This document shows, in pieces, positions 22,501 to 33,769 of a DNA stretch of 64,000 nt. The notes under the pieces are model-generated. The model did not search any database. It worked only from the letters and a program-made list of their open reading frames with translations, and was not told where the DNA came from. Origin of the DNA: Macrostomum lignano (lineage: Eukaryota); the NCBI GenBank assembly GCA_002269645.1, contig NIVC01000016.1, positions 434,001 to 498,000 on the forward strand. Reading direction: 5' to 3'. The first letter of the stretch is position 1. Each line of letters starts with the position of its first letter. The translations under genes were made by a program, and so were the position numbers.

Positions 22501-23377
22501 GAGAACCAGCACGCACACTGCCACAGGATTTAGTCCGCACTATTTAGTCTTTGGACGAGAGGCCAGAATGCCCTGTGACAATGAGCTGAACGAGCCAAAG
22601 CAGTTCCAGGACCTGCCATCTTATGTCCAGGAACATCAGCAGAATCTGCAGGAAGGCCAAGAAATAGCGAGAGAGATTAAAGTTAGTGCAACAAAACCGT
22701 GAGCAGGAGTACTCTAATAAGCTTCAGCCGAAAATATTGCCTGTAGGAAGCTTAGTATTTATCAACAATCCAGTGATTGCTAACACAGAGGCTAACAAAT
22801 TTCACAGAAAACAGAGGGCGGTTTACGAAATTGTAGAACAATTATCAGAAGTAGTCTTTAAGATTAGACCAGTTACACAAAATAAGAAGGCTAGAAAGGA
22901 AGAACTTATTATGCATAGGGATAATTTAATGAAAGCACCGCAAGCAGATTATCAGGAAGAAGAAGCTAGTACTAAGCCAAAAGAGCAAAAGAAACAGTAC
23001 AATAGGGAACAGTTAGCCAATAGTCAGCCGAATGTGTACAATGACTCAGAAAGTGAAGACGAGTACGAAGACGCAGTGCAGTTCATGCCAGTGCAACATC
23101 AAATTAACGTGCAGAATCAAAATAATGTGCAGTTAGTGCCAGATCAACAAGTGCAACATCAAAATAACAATCAAAATAACTCAACAGGTGTACAAGGAGT
23201 TATGCCGGTACAATTAAATAACAATAATAATTTAGGGATTAATTTAGAAGCTAGGCCAGCCAGAGAGCGTCATGCTCCAGATAGATTAACAGTCAGGCCA
23301 AATCAGAAAAGTTATGCGCAGAGGATAACGGAGTTGGTTAACCCATTCAACCTCTTGCAGCCCAAATCTCAATAACT

Positions 23378-24088
23378 ATGGCCGACGAACCATTGCGCAC
23401 ATACCCGAGGAAAAGAATCTATGGCCAGCGCAGAAGTAGTCAAGAGGAAAACGAACCCCCGCGAATTAGAGCATTGCAGTTGGCAGAATGTGGAGAAGAG
23501 TATAAAAAGCTGAGATTGGACCGGCAGGAGGAAGAAGTCCACAAAGAGTTAAAAATTGACATCGACCTCGAGGCACTAGGAACAGCGACACGAGAAGAGG
23601 AGCTGAGAAAAGAGATGGAGCAATTCATGCAGGACCTGGTCCAACATTTAGAACGCAAAGTAGAGGAAGAAGAGGAGACGAAGCCGCAGGAGGAAGAGCG
23701 CGAAGAAGAACCGACTGGCTCAGACGCGCCAGTGGCAGCTGTAGCAGAACCGCAGATTCAGCTGCTGCCAAGCCCCTTCGGCCCGATACAATAGCCAAGG
23801 GCGGCGCCACGAGAACTCGAACCCCCGAGGCGAGACGAGGAGGCCTTCAAGCAGCTGTTCAAGGCCAGCGTTAAAGCCTTGAAGAAGGCCATCCTGTCCA
23901 GTGGCAGGACTGGGCAGTGGGACCACCAATTACCGGCAGCCTGCCAGGAGTACCCACCCTCCCTCCCCCCTATTCCCTATTATTTGTTTCTCAATTTCAA
24001 GCAGCCACATTATCTCTTTATGACTAGCAGCGATAAGCCCACGACAATTTGTCCTATACACAGGACCTCTACACCTGCCTTCAGGTAA
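23378..24088 (+). CDS. Accessory ORF downstream of Gypsy pol (acidic, coiled-coil-like), in-frame TAG at 23792-94
   Basis: ATG 2 nt after the stop of the post-integrase ORF. The reading frame continues past the TAG to 24088. No family recognised. Confidence 0.5.
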
Positions 24089-24789
24089 TTATAATTTTAT
24101 TTTAGTCGGCCGAATCTATTTGTCAATTTCAAACTTAAATCCAAGACTGGTGCTTGGTTCATGCTCATCGTGTTCCAAGTTAAAGTTTTGGCACGCCACT
24201 CATACGCCTCTGCCTTGCTTCTACAGACTTCTGCAGTCTCTTTCGTTCCTTTTATCCCAAATTCAAATTGCGTACTCGACACGCATCGCCACATCCGCTG
24301 GCATCTTAATAACACTACTCACCAGCTGAGTTTCTAACGCTAATCTGTTCAATTTCAATTAAAGGCATCAACGCGCAAATCGCCGCCTCCGCTGAATTTT
24401 ATACCAAAATCTACTCAAATTATAATAAAACTCAATCCAAGGATGAGGCTTAGCTTTTCTTGCTGCTTCTATGACAAATATTTTAACTGCTGCACCGCTG
24501 AGCTATATTATAATTAGTACAGGCTCATCTGCCGACTACCAGTTCTACTTTATGCAACTGTTCAACACTTCAAAATTGCTCTAAACAAACTCACACTTCT
24601 ATAATTGACACTACAGCTGCCGAAGCTTTGCATATCCAAAATTTACTTTTATAAAACAAAAATCTGACCCTGGATGGATGACCGCAAATCACGCTCAGAT
24701 GCTATTGCTTCACGCTATTTCAAATCTTTATTGTTGCAAAATAGCAAATTATTTTCAACTCTTAATTGCAAGACCGCTCGAAGTAAACC

Positions 24790-25660
24790 CATAACACAGA
24801 TCCTTGCATCAAATTGCGTTCTGGTACCCAACTCGGACAACCTCAACAACAAGAGCCGCCTGCAACATCCACACCAAATTCTGCCGGTGTTGCTGAAAAT
24901 CCTATTGATATTTCTGGTGACTCTACTGGTATCGGTGGACATTCTACTTGTATTAGTGGACATTATACTAACGACGACACCCAACAGCAACTGACTCAGT
25001 CAGCAGCTACTCCAGCTACATTTCGCCATCTACCTGGCCCCTACCAAGAAAACACTATCATTGGTACCAGGGACGAAGAACAGCCTCCTGAATTGTACGA
25101 ATAACAACAACGGTAACATTCTCGACAGCTACTTCTGCAACCTAATTTGCAATCTGATCCTTTGAATCAGAATAACGCAAATATTCAGGAACCTGACGAT
25201 AACGCTGCAATGGCAGAAGCACTGACACAACAATTTATTAATGCTGTCCGAGCCCAGAGACCACACACTGCAATCTCAGCTAGTACCATTAACGAGATCC
25301 GCGAAAGTCTCAAAGAGATTGATTAACTCCACGATTTCGCTTCTTTCATCATGGAATATGACCTATAAGCGAGGACGTTCAACTTGGACGACAACGCGAA
25401 GCTCCGCATCTTTCCTCGGCTCCTCAATGATCGCCTAAAAATCGAATACGCCGCTTTTCCCGCCGAGACACAAAATGACTACAATCAACTAGTTCGCTCT
25501 TTGTCCGACAGAATAGCGGTACTCACTCTCGGATCTACTTCGGCGCTACATCATATCGCCAACCGCCGGAAACTCCCGGGTGAACCTTCATCCAGTACTA
25601 CACGGACATTCGCCGCAAACTTCGCTCTGCTGGCTCTTGGGCTAAGATAGCAAACTGATG
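24790..25660 (+). pseudogene. Second, unrelated LTR-retrotransposon gag remnant
   Basis: N-terminal LRSGTQL; AKLRIFPRLLNDRLKIEYAAFP..DYNQLVRSLSDR..ALHHIANRRKLPGE..YYTDIRRKL. Contains stops and frameshifts. Confidence 0.65.
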
Positions 25661-25759
25661 GGTCACTGGTTGTAGAATGTGTAGGTAGAATGATGATATT
25701 TGTTAATTAACAATTTTAGTATGGATTCTGTGCTAGTCACACAGGTATTCAATTTCTTC

Positions 25760-27341
25760 GTTTTCAGTCACTTGAACGACTAAAAGAGCTCGACAAGAAG
25801 TCAGCTGCCATCGCACGGCGCTTCAGTCGACTCAAAGAATCAGTTGCACTCAGATTTGCGCAGAAAGTTGCGGCGACAGCCCGTCCGACACGAGCAGAAG
25901 CTTCAGTGAGCCACTTATTAACTTCAACTCGGACCACTCATGACGTACCAACCACTATAGAGCTGTCTAGCTCTATAGTGGCGCAACCAAGCAACAGTGT
26001 AGCCAGTGTTGGCAGCAGCTGGCAGCCAGCATTGGCAACCGGGGGATGTAGCAGTGGCGTCCAGACTCCCATGGTCGTCGAGCCGGCTCGCAGTATTCAG
26101 ACAACGACGATGAGGACGTAACTTCTAGATCTATCGTTGAGGAACCAGGCGAAGAAGCTCCAGATGACGACTATTGGAGTGGCGCTCCAATGGCATTGGA
26201 CGCCATCGAGCAGTGCGACGATTGTGAGGACTTTACTGAAGATGACCGCCCACCAGAGGATGAGAATGTACCATGTGTTGGCAATGGAGCCACCCATAAC
26301 CCAGAAGCTATCGATATGCAGCCGCGTAGGAGAAATGGCCTCTTCGCGAATTCACGTACCCCTGTCTCATCAACGTGCTCCCCGAAGTTTCCATGAGCTC
26401 GGAATGTTTCGGGGCCACGAACTTGAGGCATGGTTAATCGTCTACGGCCCTATGGTGATGGAAGGCATCCTGCCCGACCGCTACTACTGGCACCTTCAAC
26501 TACTGTCCACGGCCATGTTCTGGATCGAGCGCCTCTAATGGAAGTGATGAAAGCCAGCCGGCTTCTGCACTACTTTTACAGTCAGCTGCCTTAGATGTAC
26601 TCCAACATGGCCCTTACGTAAAATGCACACCAAGTTTGTGAGCACTTTGTATCGTACGTAACTTTATACGGGCCAATGTGGAGGATGTCTGCAGGCTTGT
26701 TTGAGTCGTCGCATGCAAATCTTCGCACCAAAATCCACGGCTCCAGGAATGTTGACGCCGAAGTTGCCGGCCTTCTACAGGGCCAATTGGCGCGAAGGCA
26801 AATGATGGCCGAATTGCAACTCCCTAACATCTTCAGCGAGGGACCACCAAATGGTGAGGTTCAACTGCCGGATGGTGTGCGACTGCGCAATCCTATTCGT
26901 CGCCAATTGGCGGGCGGTGACACACGGTATGGCAAAGCAGTACTGACCAGCGGGCTACGCATTGAAATATTCATGCCTCGCCTAATCCACCAGCGCGCCG
27001 CCTCGTGCTTTGTTACTGTCCTCATCCCTGACTCTCGTCAGCCGTTTGAATTCGCACGAATTGAGGAAATTCAACTCCGGGACAATTGTGCATGGGTTCG
27101 CCTACGCCGCCTTCTGACTGTGGAGCCGCACGAGGACAATCATCCGTTGTACCGCTTGACTGGCGAACCGGACCACGGCGGATGCTCAGTCGCACACGTT
27201 CGGCGCCTGCATGCCAATTCATTTTGCGCAGTTGACAAATACTATTTCGAAATCCCTGCTAACTACGTACTCGCTACGTGTTGTGTGAACGACCGCTACG
27301 TAGAATTCCTCCCCCATATTCAGTTTTCTTACGCAGCGTGA
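25760..27341 (+). pseudogene. CACTA/EnSpm-type transposase remnant with an internal deletion
   Basis: PRSFHELGMFRGHELEAWLIVYGPMVMEGILPDRYYWHLQLL, then NAHQVCEH..GPMWRMSAGLFES..KIHGS. This is the animal EnSpm C-terminal pattern, here joined directly to an acidic N-terminal part. Confidence 0.8.
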
Positions 27342-27362
27342 GAATTGTATGTACTCATTGTA

Positions 27363-27564
27363 CGTAGGGTGTCCCAAAAAAGGGAAAAATCGTTGCACAG
27401 GCTTTCTGGTAGAACAATATAATTTCTTAAAACTCACATCACTATAATAAGTAAACATTCGAAAGTTCTAAAGCTTTTTAAATCGAGTAAAAATGTCACC
27501 TGTTCATTCAAAAGTTATGACTACTACAGTTAGAACAAGGGGTGAGGGTTAGAGGACACCCTCG
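27363..27564. mobile_element. Tc1/mariner-like MITE (~200 bp)
   Basis: TA|cgtagggtgtcc ... ggacaccctcg|TA: imperfect 11-12 bp TIRs with TA flanks. Confidence 0.55.
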
Positions 27565-27970
27565 TATATCAAAATGTAACGTGTCAATTGGCCCTTTGTC
27601 ACAATGTTTCAAAAATGTTTCACAACACAATGCTTCTTTCCGTGTCACGTCTGCACATTGCTATGTGGTATCACAAGAATTTAAATTTTTATTTATTAAC
27701 GTCTAGCACCGCCATTTCTCCTGTATATATACATGTAAGCGCGTCTTTGCAACTCTGTATGGCATCCATATGTACATGACCTTTTAGTTTACCTTTTCAT
27801 TTTGCTCTTTTCCAGAATGCGTTCTTCAACTGTGTTTTGCTTATATACAGCATCTGTGTCCAAGTGTGTTTTTGTGCCATTTGTAATATGACTTCACTTA
27901 TGCCACTTCTATAAGTCTAGTGTACGTAAATACAGCGATTTGGCCTATCGGAAATTTAATACACCCTTAG

Positions 27971-28186
27971 GCCAATCAGGTCAATCGTTCGTTCGCTATT
28001 CAGAAACTAACCTTGATTTGTTAATTTGTCACTAAATTTGGCTTCTCACTAAAGATTTCCCGTCTAGATTAGTATAGTAATGGCCGCAAAACTGTATGTC
28101 TGCTGTCTGTCAGTAAAGTCAGTAATCTACTAGGTATGTAGGGAAATTGGTACATGTATTTGCATTAATACGAGCGTATATAAATA
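27971..28186 (+). promoter_or_regulatory. Putative Pol II promoter upstream of the CtIP-like ORF
   Basis: GCCAATCAG at 27971, TATATAAATA at 28177-28186, splice-acceptor-like tgtgcttttcag ending at 28375. Confidence 0.3.
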
Positions 28187-28338
28187 CAGGGGTATCGTAT
28201 TCCATGAAGATAGAATATATAAGGGTATCTTATTGCGTCTGAGAATGTTGTTCATTGTCAGTTTGTCAAGCGTCTCTACTTACTAGTAACGTAATAGTAA
28301 TAAATTGTTAACAATTTCCTAGTGCACAGCCCAGCAGC

Positions 28339-29097
28339 ATGGTATTCTCCAAACTCAGATGTGTGTGCTTTTCAGACATGTCGAACGACCTAAGCCCTAG
28401 AGAAGTTAACTTCTCCGCCATCATGGATGACCTCCTTCGAGACGTGGCGCGAACTATGTCGCCGACTCTTGTCGACCTGATCGGTTACCGGTCCTCAGCT
28501 GATTGGGCAGAGTCGCAGGATCCTATGTGTGACGCAGGTTCACCGTCTCTGTTTGACGACATTGAGCCGGCTGGCTCGACTGCGAACGACGCCAATGACG
28601 ATCAGCTTCGCTACAACGCCGAGACGCAGCTCGGTTCGCCGTCTCTGTTTGACGAAATTGAGCCGGCTGGCTCGACTGCGAACGACGCCAATGACGATCA
28701 GCCCGCGGCGCGAGACTACGAGCCGGCTGAGAACTTAAAGAAACTGCGCGCGGAGTATAACCGCCTGCCTGACCCGCCAAATCAAACGAATTACGCTTGC
28801 GTACGCGTTGTTCGAAAACGGGCGGATCGGCAGGAGCTGGACCCGCACTGCTGCCCCGACTGTGAGGCATGGTTTTCTAATTTGTCGCCTCGTACAAAGC
28901 AGAGACGGCTGCAAGAGCACGGGCGGCACCGCAGTAACCAGCCTCACCAGAAGCGCGACCCTAACTTTTTAAAAATTGAAATGCCTGACACTCAGCCAGA
29001 AGCGCCCTTTGAGGCCATGAGGTTAGGCAAGAGGCGCATGCGTCCACTGACGGGTGCTAGCGCCGGGCCGTCTAACACACGGGATAAGAAGCTGTAG
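28339..29097 (+). CDS. Protein with a CtIP/Sae2/Ctp1 C-terminal domain (likely start ATG 28378, 239 aa)
   Basis: VRVVRKRADRQELDPHCCPDCEAWFSNL..LQEHGRHR..PNFLKIEMPDTQ parallels the CtIP C-terminus as recalled (EVVRKKEERRKL.GHTCKEC..YY..SRHR..NFWEVGFPSTQ). The frame is open and has a 32-aa internal duplication. Confidence 0.8.
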   Translation: MVFSKLRCVCFSDMSNDLSPREVNFSAIMDDLLRDVARTMSPTLVDLIGYRSSADWAESQDPMCDAGSPSLFDDIEPAGSTANDANDDQLRYNAETQLGSPSLFDEIEPAGSTANDANDDQPAARDYEPAENLKKLRAEYNRLPDPPNQTNYACVRVVRKRADRQELDPHCCPDCEAWFSNLSPRTKQRRLQEHGRHRSNQPHQKRDPNFLKIEMPDTQPEAPFEAMRLGKRRMRPLTGASAGPSNTRDKKL

Positions 29098-31130
29098 GCA
29101 GCATAGGCTGTACGTCACTGTTAATTAATTAAAAATATTGTACTGTAACTACTACTAGTAGTACTTCTAGTCGAGCCAGCCGGCTCAATGTCATGAGTAG
29201 TGTAGCGAGTAGTAGTAGCGTTTCTCTTTGGTATGGGCAGCTCCCAGCAGTAGCTTGCCGGCTTCCATGCCATCTCCGTCTCATAGCTAAAATATATTTG
29301 CGTCGACTTGTCAGCGTCGATTGCACATATGCTAATGAAAGTAAGGAAGGATATTGAATTCCATTACGAAAAATCATTGCAGAATAATGGGAGAAGGAAA
29401 GAAGACTGACAGAATGAATTCCAAGAAGGACCACGAGAAGCGGGCCGAAAAAGAGAAGCGGAAGATAAAGAGCAGCGGAAAGATAGACCTGATACTGACA
29501 ATACTGGCCTTGTGAGAAAAGCTAGCCGTGTGATTCAGAACTATATGAGCTAGTTAGTTGAGAAGCTGAGCATCCCACACAACACACTTGATGAGACGAA
29601 GTTTTTTTCAATAAAAGCAGAATGACTCAGTATTGTCTGTAGCTTAAGAAGTAATTTGCAGTTTCCACTAGCTTGAAAAATCTTGCTGCAATAGGAATTG
29701 AATGCCCACCCTGCCCAAACTCAATTGTGTCATGCTTAAGTAAGATTGAAAATCTGGCAGAGCATCAAGACAGCTCGCTTTTTTCTAAAATTTTAAAATC
29801 GTTTCCACTCAGCGACATTCTGCTTTAAGCTCAGATTTACGAGAATCTGGTAAGCAAACTCAACCATCACTTACATAACATATAGAATATACTCGTAGAA
29901 TAGATAATGTAGATTAATTAATTATATGTGGATTTTCTCCTTTGACAATCCTCTTAGCGCCAACTCGAATAATAGCAATTGAAAACCAAATGGAAGTTGA
30001 CAACGCGGATGAGTACTGAAAAAGTTTAGAGCACCTGCTGCAGTCAATTTTCAAGAGCAACGAGTTGAGCAACTGGAAGGTGTGGGTTCGCAAATACAAC
30101 GCTATTGCAAAACTACCGTTTCCTATATCCACCAGCACGGGTGGCCTACCTAAAACCTCCAATGAAAAAGAAAAAAAAAGAAAAAGAATCCATCCTCGTG
30201 AGAAGCTGTGGATGCTCGGGATCCATCGAATGAAGAATTCCGTACTGGTAGATTTACTATTCATGTTGTAAAGGATCAACTCATCCAGATCTTCAACAAG
30301 CTAAAGCGCCTTAATAACTATGGAGTCAAGTATGGCATCCAAGCAGGAGCAATTTACAACAATATGAAGCGTCCTCTCGAAGGATCAGTTCAAGGAACTA
30401 AAGACATCCACCCGCTTCAGCAATGCGTGGATCAACTTTCAAATGAAGCTTGCGAGTTTGGCGCAGGCACACCCACGCCTACATGGGTGCACGCGATCAC
30501 TGTATCAGATTCAGTCGTGCATTAACATCTGCCGAAGTCATGAAGAAGCTGGATGAAGAGGCAGCGGAAGAGTTGTTGCGACAACCTCAAATTTGAAAAC
30601 TGCAGTATCTTTTTTGGGGTGGGTGCTGTGAGCTATTGGTTGAATGAGACAGATGGCTTATTATAGGTTTGTGCATAATTGACAACAACCTCAAATTTGA
30701 AAACTGCAGCATGTTTTTGGGGTGGATGCTAAGGAGACATTATCATTCATTAATAACTATCTATTCTATTTGACATGGTACGTTTTCTAGCGACTTGCAT
30801 GAGTCACTTCTATTGGATGCTAAAATTAAAAAAATTTTGGCAGACATTTTGAGCAATTAAAATAATCTGGCCTCTTTTGTGCTCGCGAGAGGTCTTTTGT
30901 GTCTGAGAGTCTTTTGCTTTTTTTGTTACTAAATATAGATCCACGCAAGATAGGTGAGCCACTAGACTTGTACAATGGAAAGGGTCTTTTTGATACTAAA
31001 AGCACAATATCCAACTCCGTAAAAGACAAATCTACCTTTCATAGGAGAGGCAGGTGCAGCAGCAGGCTTTATCGCTACAACAGTTAACGCAGCTCAACTC
31101 TGTAGATTACTTAAATTTATTTTTATAAAA

Positions 31131-31535
31131 ATGGCCTTCAATAAACCACTATTTCTTGGTTCTGCTATAGACATTCAGTTAGCAGTAACTAAATTGCCAC
31201 CCATTTTCTCCACTGGAAAATATCCTGGCGAATTTTATATTCCAGGATATTCTTTCACTGGCCAAGGTACAAATTTAGACAAGAGACTCAATCTAATTAC
31301 AGACTGGCCTCAGTATGACAGTCTACCAATTAACCCAATAGATTGGACTGCTTACTATCATGACAAAAGCTATAGAGATGCTGAAAAGACGTCTTCAACT
31401 TCAGAGGAAGCCTTAGCAAAGAAGCACATTGCTGATGAAAAAATGATAACTTATTTAGAGTCTATTCCAACCAGTGACTTGTCTGTGAAAGAGAGACTCG
31501 TTCGAAATCTAGTAAAGCGTATTATCAAAGCTTAA
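31131..31535 (+). CDS. Parvovirus-type phospholipase A2 domain protein of Maverick/adintovirus
   Basis: PGYSFTGQGTNLDKRL..PINPIDWTAYYHDKSY..KHIADEKM..ERLVRNLV. The stop is probably premature (KA*VRFGLG versus the usual KAK..G.G). Confidence 0.85.
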   Translation: MAFNKPLFLGSAIDIQLAVTKLPPIFSTGKYPGEFYIPGYSFTGQGTNLDKRLNLITDWPQYDSLPINPIDWTAYYHDKSYRDAEKTSSTSEEALAKKHIADEKMITYLESIPTSDLSVKERLVRNLVKRIIKA

Positions 31536-31589
31536 GTTCGGTTTGGATTAGGCATTCATACTCACAACCCAAACAATTGTATAGACTGT

Positions 31590-32430
31590 CTAAATATATA
31601 CAGTGAGGGTCTTAGCTATAATGATGCAGTGAAATTGCATAGGGAATACAGAAAACCAAGACTGTTTAGAAAAATGATTCACTATGCAAACGACACAATT
31701 TGGCATGCAGATATCATTATCCTACCACCTGAAAGAGGTTACAAATATGCTCTCACTATCATAGATGGTTTTACACGTTACGCTTGGGCAGTTCCTTTGA
31801 AAAAAAGACGGGAGCGAAAGTTACAGAAGCTTTCCAAAAAGTATTTAAGGAATCAGGAAGACGATCCGAGAGACATTGTGTAGATGAAGGCAAGGAGTTT
31901 TATAATCAGCATATGTATAAGCTATACTCATTTTCAAAAGACAATATAAGAAAGAAAAATGAAAACGGGGAGTATATTAAAAAGATGTTATAAATTTATG
32001 GTGAGTCTAAGAATGCAATGATTGAGAGGTTCAATCGTACTCTCACAAATAAACTCTGGTTTGAATTTTATCTACAGGGTAATCAGAAGTGGCTCCATAT
32101 ATTGCAGGCTATTGTTGCAAAGTACAACAACACAATCCATTCTGAGATTCTCATAACTCCTTCAGAAGCATCTAAGATAGTGCCGAAACCTTCCATCCAG
32201 TTTACAAATGAGAAAAGAAACTTTAAAGTAGGTGAAAAAGTTCATATCTATAGATTCAAAAGCACTTTGAAAAGGGTTGAAAGGGCTATTGGAAAATTTC
32301 AGAGGTCTTTACGATTAAGAAAGTTGTGTACTCAAATCCCATAACTTACATTATTGAGGATGAGAATGGAGAAGAAATTATTGGATCATTTTACAAATCC
32401 CAGCTTCTACCAGCAAATTTTTCAACTAAA
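31590..32430 (+). pseudogene. Maverick retroviral-like DDE integrase (frameshifted)
   Basis: KLHREYRK, WHADII, YKYALTIIDGFTRYAWAVPLK, VDEGKEFYN, IERFNRTL, YNNTIHS, FKVGEKV, TYIIEDENGEEIIGSFY. Confidence 0.92.
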
Positions 32431-33075
32431 AATGAGCGCCTATCGAACAAACTGCAAACGAGCAAAGGGTCAGATTGAAACATCTGATTCACAGCTACTA
32501 GCTGATAAAGAGGTTGAAGGAATTGGTGCTATGATCAGTGGTGTCACAAACATTTTATCAAATAGTGGAAGTAAAATCGTGAGTGGAACTGATGCAATAG
32601 GTAAAACAGCTACCACAGCGAAGAACATATTTGATGCAAAGAAATCAAACAGTGACATGTCTAAAGCAGGTGAGGAACTAGAATATATTAAAAAGAAACG
32701 TAGAGAAAAAGAAGCAAAGAAAAGAATGGAAGAAGAGAAACAGATAGCTTCGCCATTCAAGTCCATTCAAGATATTGTTAAAACTCAAGACTCAATCGCT
32801 ATATTCGTGAGGGGAAACCAAGATATGTTACTGTAAATAAGCGAAAGCAGTATCTTTCTAAAGAGAATATTCGATAATTACAAACAAACAAAGAACATGA
32901 AGGTAGAATAATTCCTCTATTAGGCTTACTACCAGCAATTTTGGGGGGTATCGGAGCAGCTGCCGGAGTTGGTACAATGATTGAAAAAAGTGTTAATACA
33001 GCCAACAATGCTAAGCATAAGAAGACAATAGAAAGCATTGAACGGCAAAAACTAGAAGAGTTGAAAAAGGCTTAA
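32430..33075 (+). pseudogene. Small Maverick virion-core-like ORFs
   Basis: Gly/Ala-rich amphipathic segments (IIPLLGLLPAILGGIGAAAGVG..AK..E) followed by basic coils, lying between integrase and capsid. Confidence 0.5.
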
Positions 33076-33349
33076 GGGAGTGGTGTATTAGTTGATGCGG
33101 CTAAAAGAGTCGAACAAGTACCCAGCGAAGCAGTCAAATGGCTGCTAAAAACTTGAAGTTGAAAAGGAGAAACAGGGTAATGGGATAATTCTTAGACCTC
33201 ACAAAGCTTTGTTGAAATTTCTCATATAAAATTGGAAAACAAAAAAGATATATTGAACCTACTCGTATATGAGAAAAAAACTTTTAGTTTTTTCAGAAAG
33301 AAAGATTATATTTAGATTTTGCCCCCCCCCCCACAGGTAGCACTAATAA

Positions 33350-33761
33350 TCTCAATGTTGCAGGAGGTCAAATAGTTCATGAGTCAATTCAACAGGGTCA
33401 TACATTCTCATGTCAGAGGCATTTGGTTTTATAAGATACTCGATAACAGACTTGAATTACGAACATCACCCTAGAACACAACTTGCCGATGCGTCTGTTT
33501 TCTCAACTTATTGTGGACATAGGTGGAACAAAGAAAGTCTATAATGATCCTAGAGAGTATGACACCATCCTAAAGTCTTTAATGTACTCAAAATTAATGA
33601 ATGAAGTTAGAGAAGCATACAGATGGATTCCAGACACTGGAGATGCTGGGACTGTTTCTGATATACCACTAGCAAACAACTTACCGGTCCCCAGCAACTA
33701 CGCCACCTCCCGAATTTTTTATATTGACTGTGCCACATCTACAACTTTAAAATTTCTGTAA
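33350..33761 (+). pseudogene. Maverick major capsid protein, N-terminal part
   Basis: HNLPMRLFSQLIVDIGG..YDTILKSLMYS..WIPDTG. Confidence 0.65.
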
Positions 33762-33769
33762 AAAAAACC

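Larger units (their letters stand above)
18490..22702 (+). pseudogene. Gypsy pol (protease, RT, RNase H, integrase), frameshifted and interrupted by a Penelope-like element
   Basis: LLDTGS (PR); LRLVNDYRALN, LDLFSGYYQI, YLDD (RT); DTDAS, KELLAI, RTDHNAL, NADALSR (RH); GHLG..C..C, HIDLIGP, HTDQGTQF (IN). Confidence 0.93.
16758..24088 (+). mobile_element. Ty3/Gypsy LTR retrotransposon internal region, decayed, 3' LTR absent
   Basis: Domain order gag-PR-RT-RNase H-IN after a Leu-tRNA-like PBS (TGGTGGCAGC). Confidence 0.92.

Noticed and set aside
23945-23975. Pyrimidine run as a polypurine tract of a minus-strand LTR element
   Set aside because: No adjacent LTR or minus-strand retroelement ORF; it lies within the accessory ORF.
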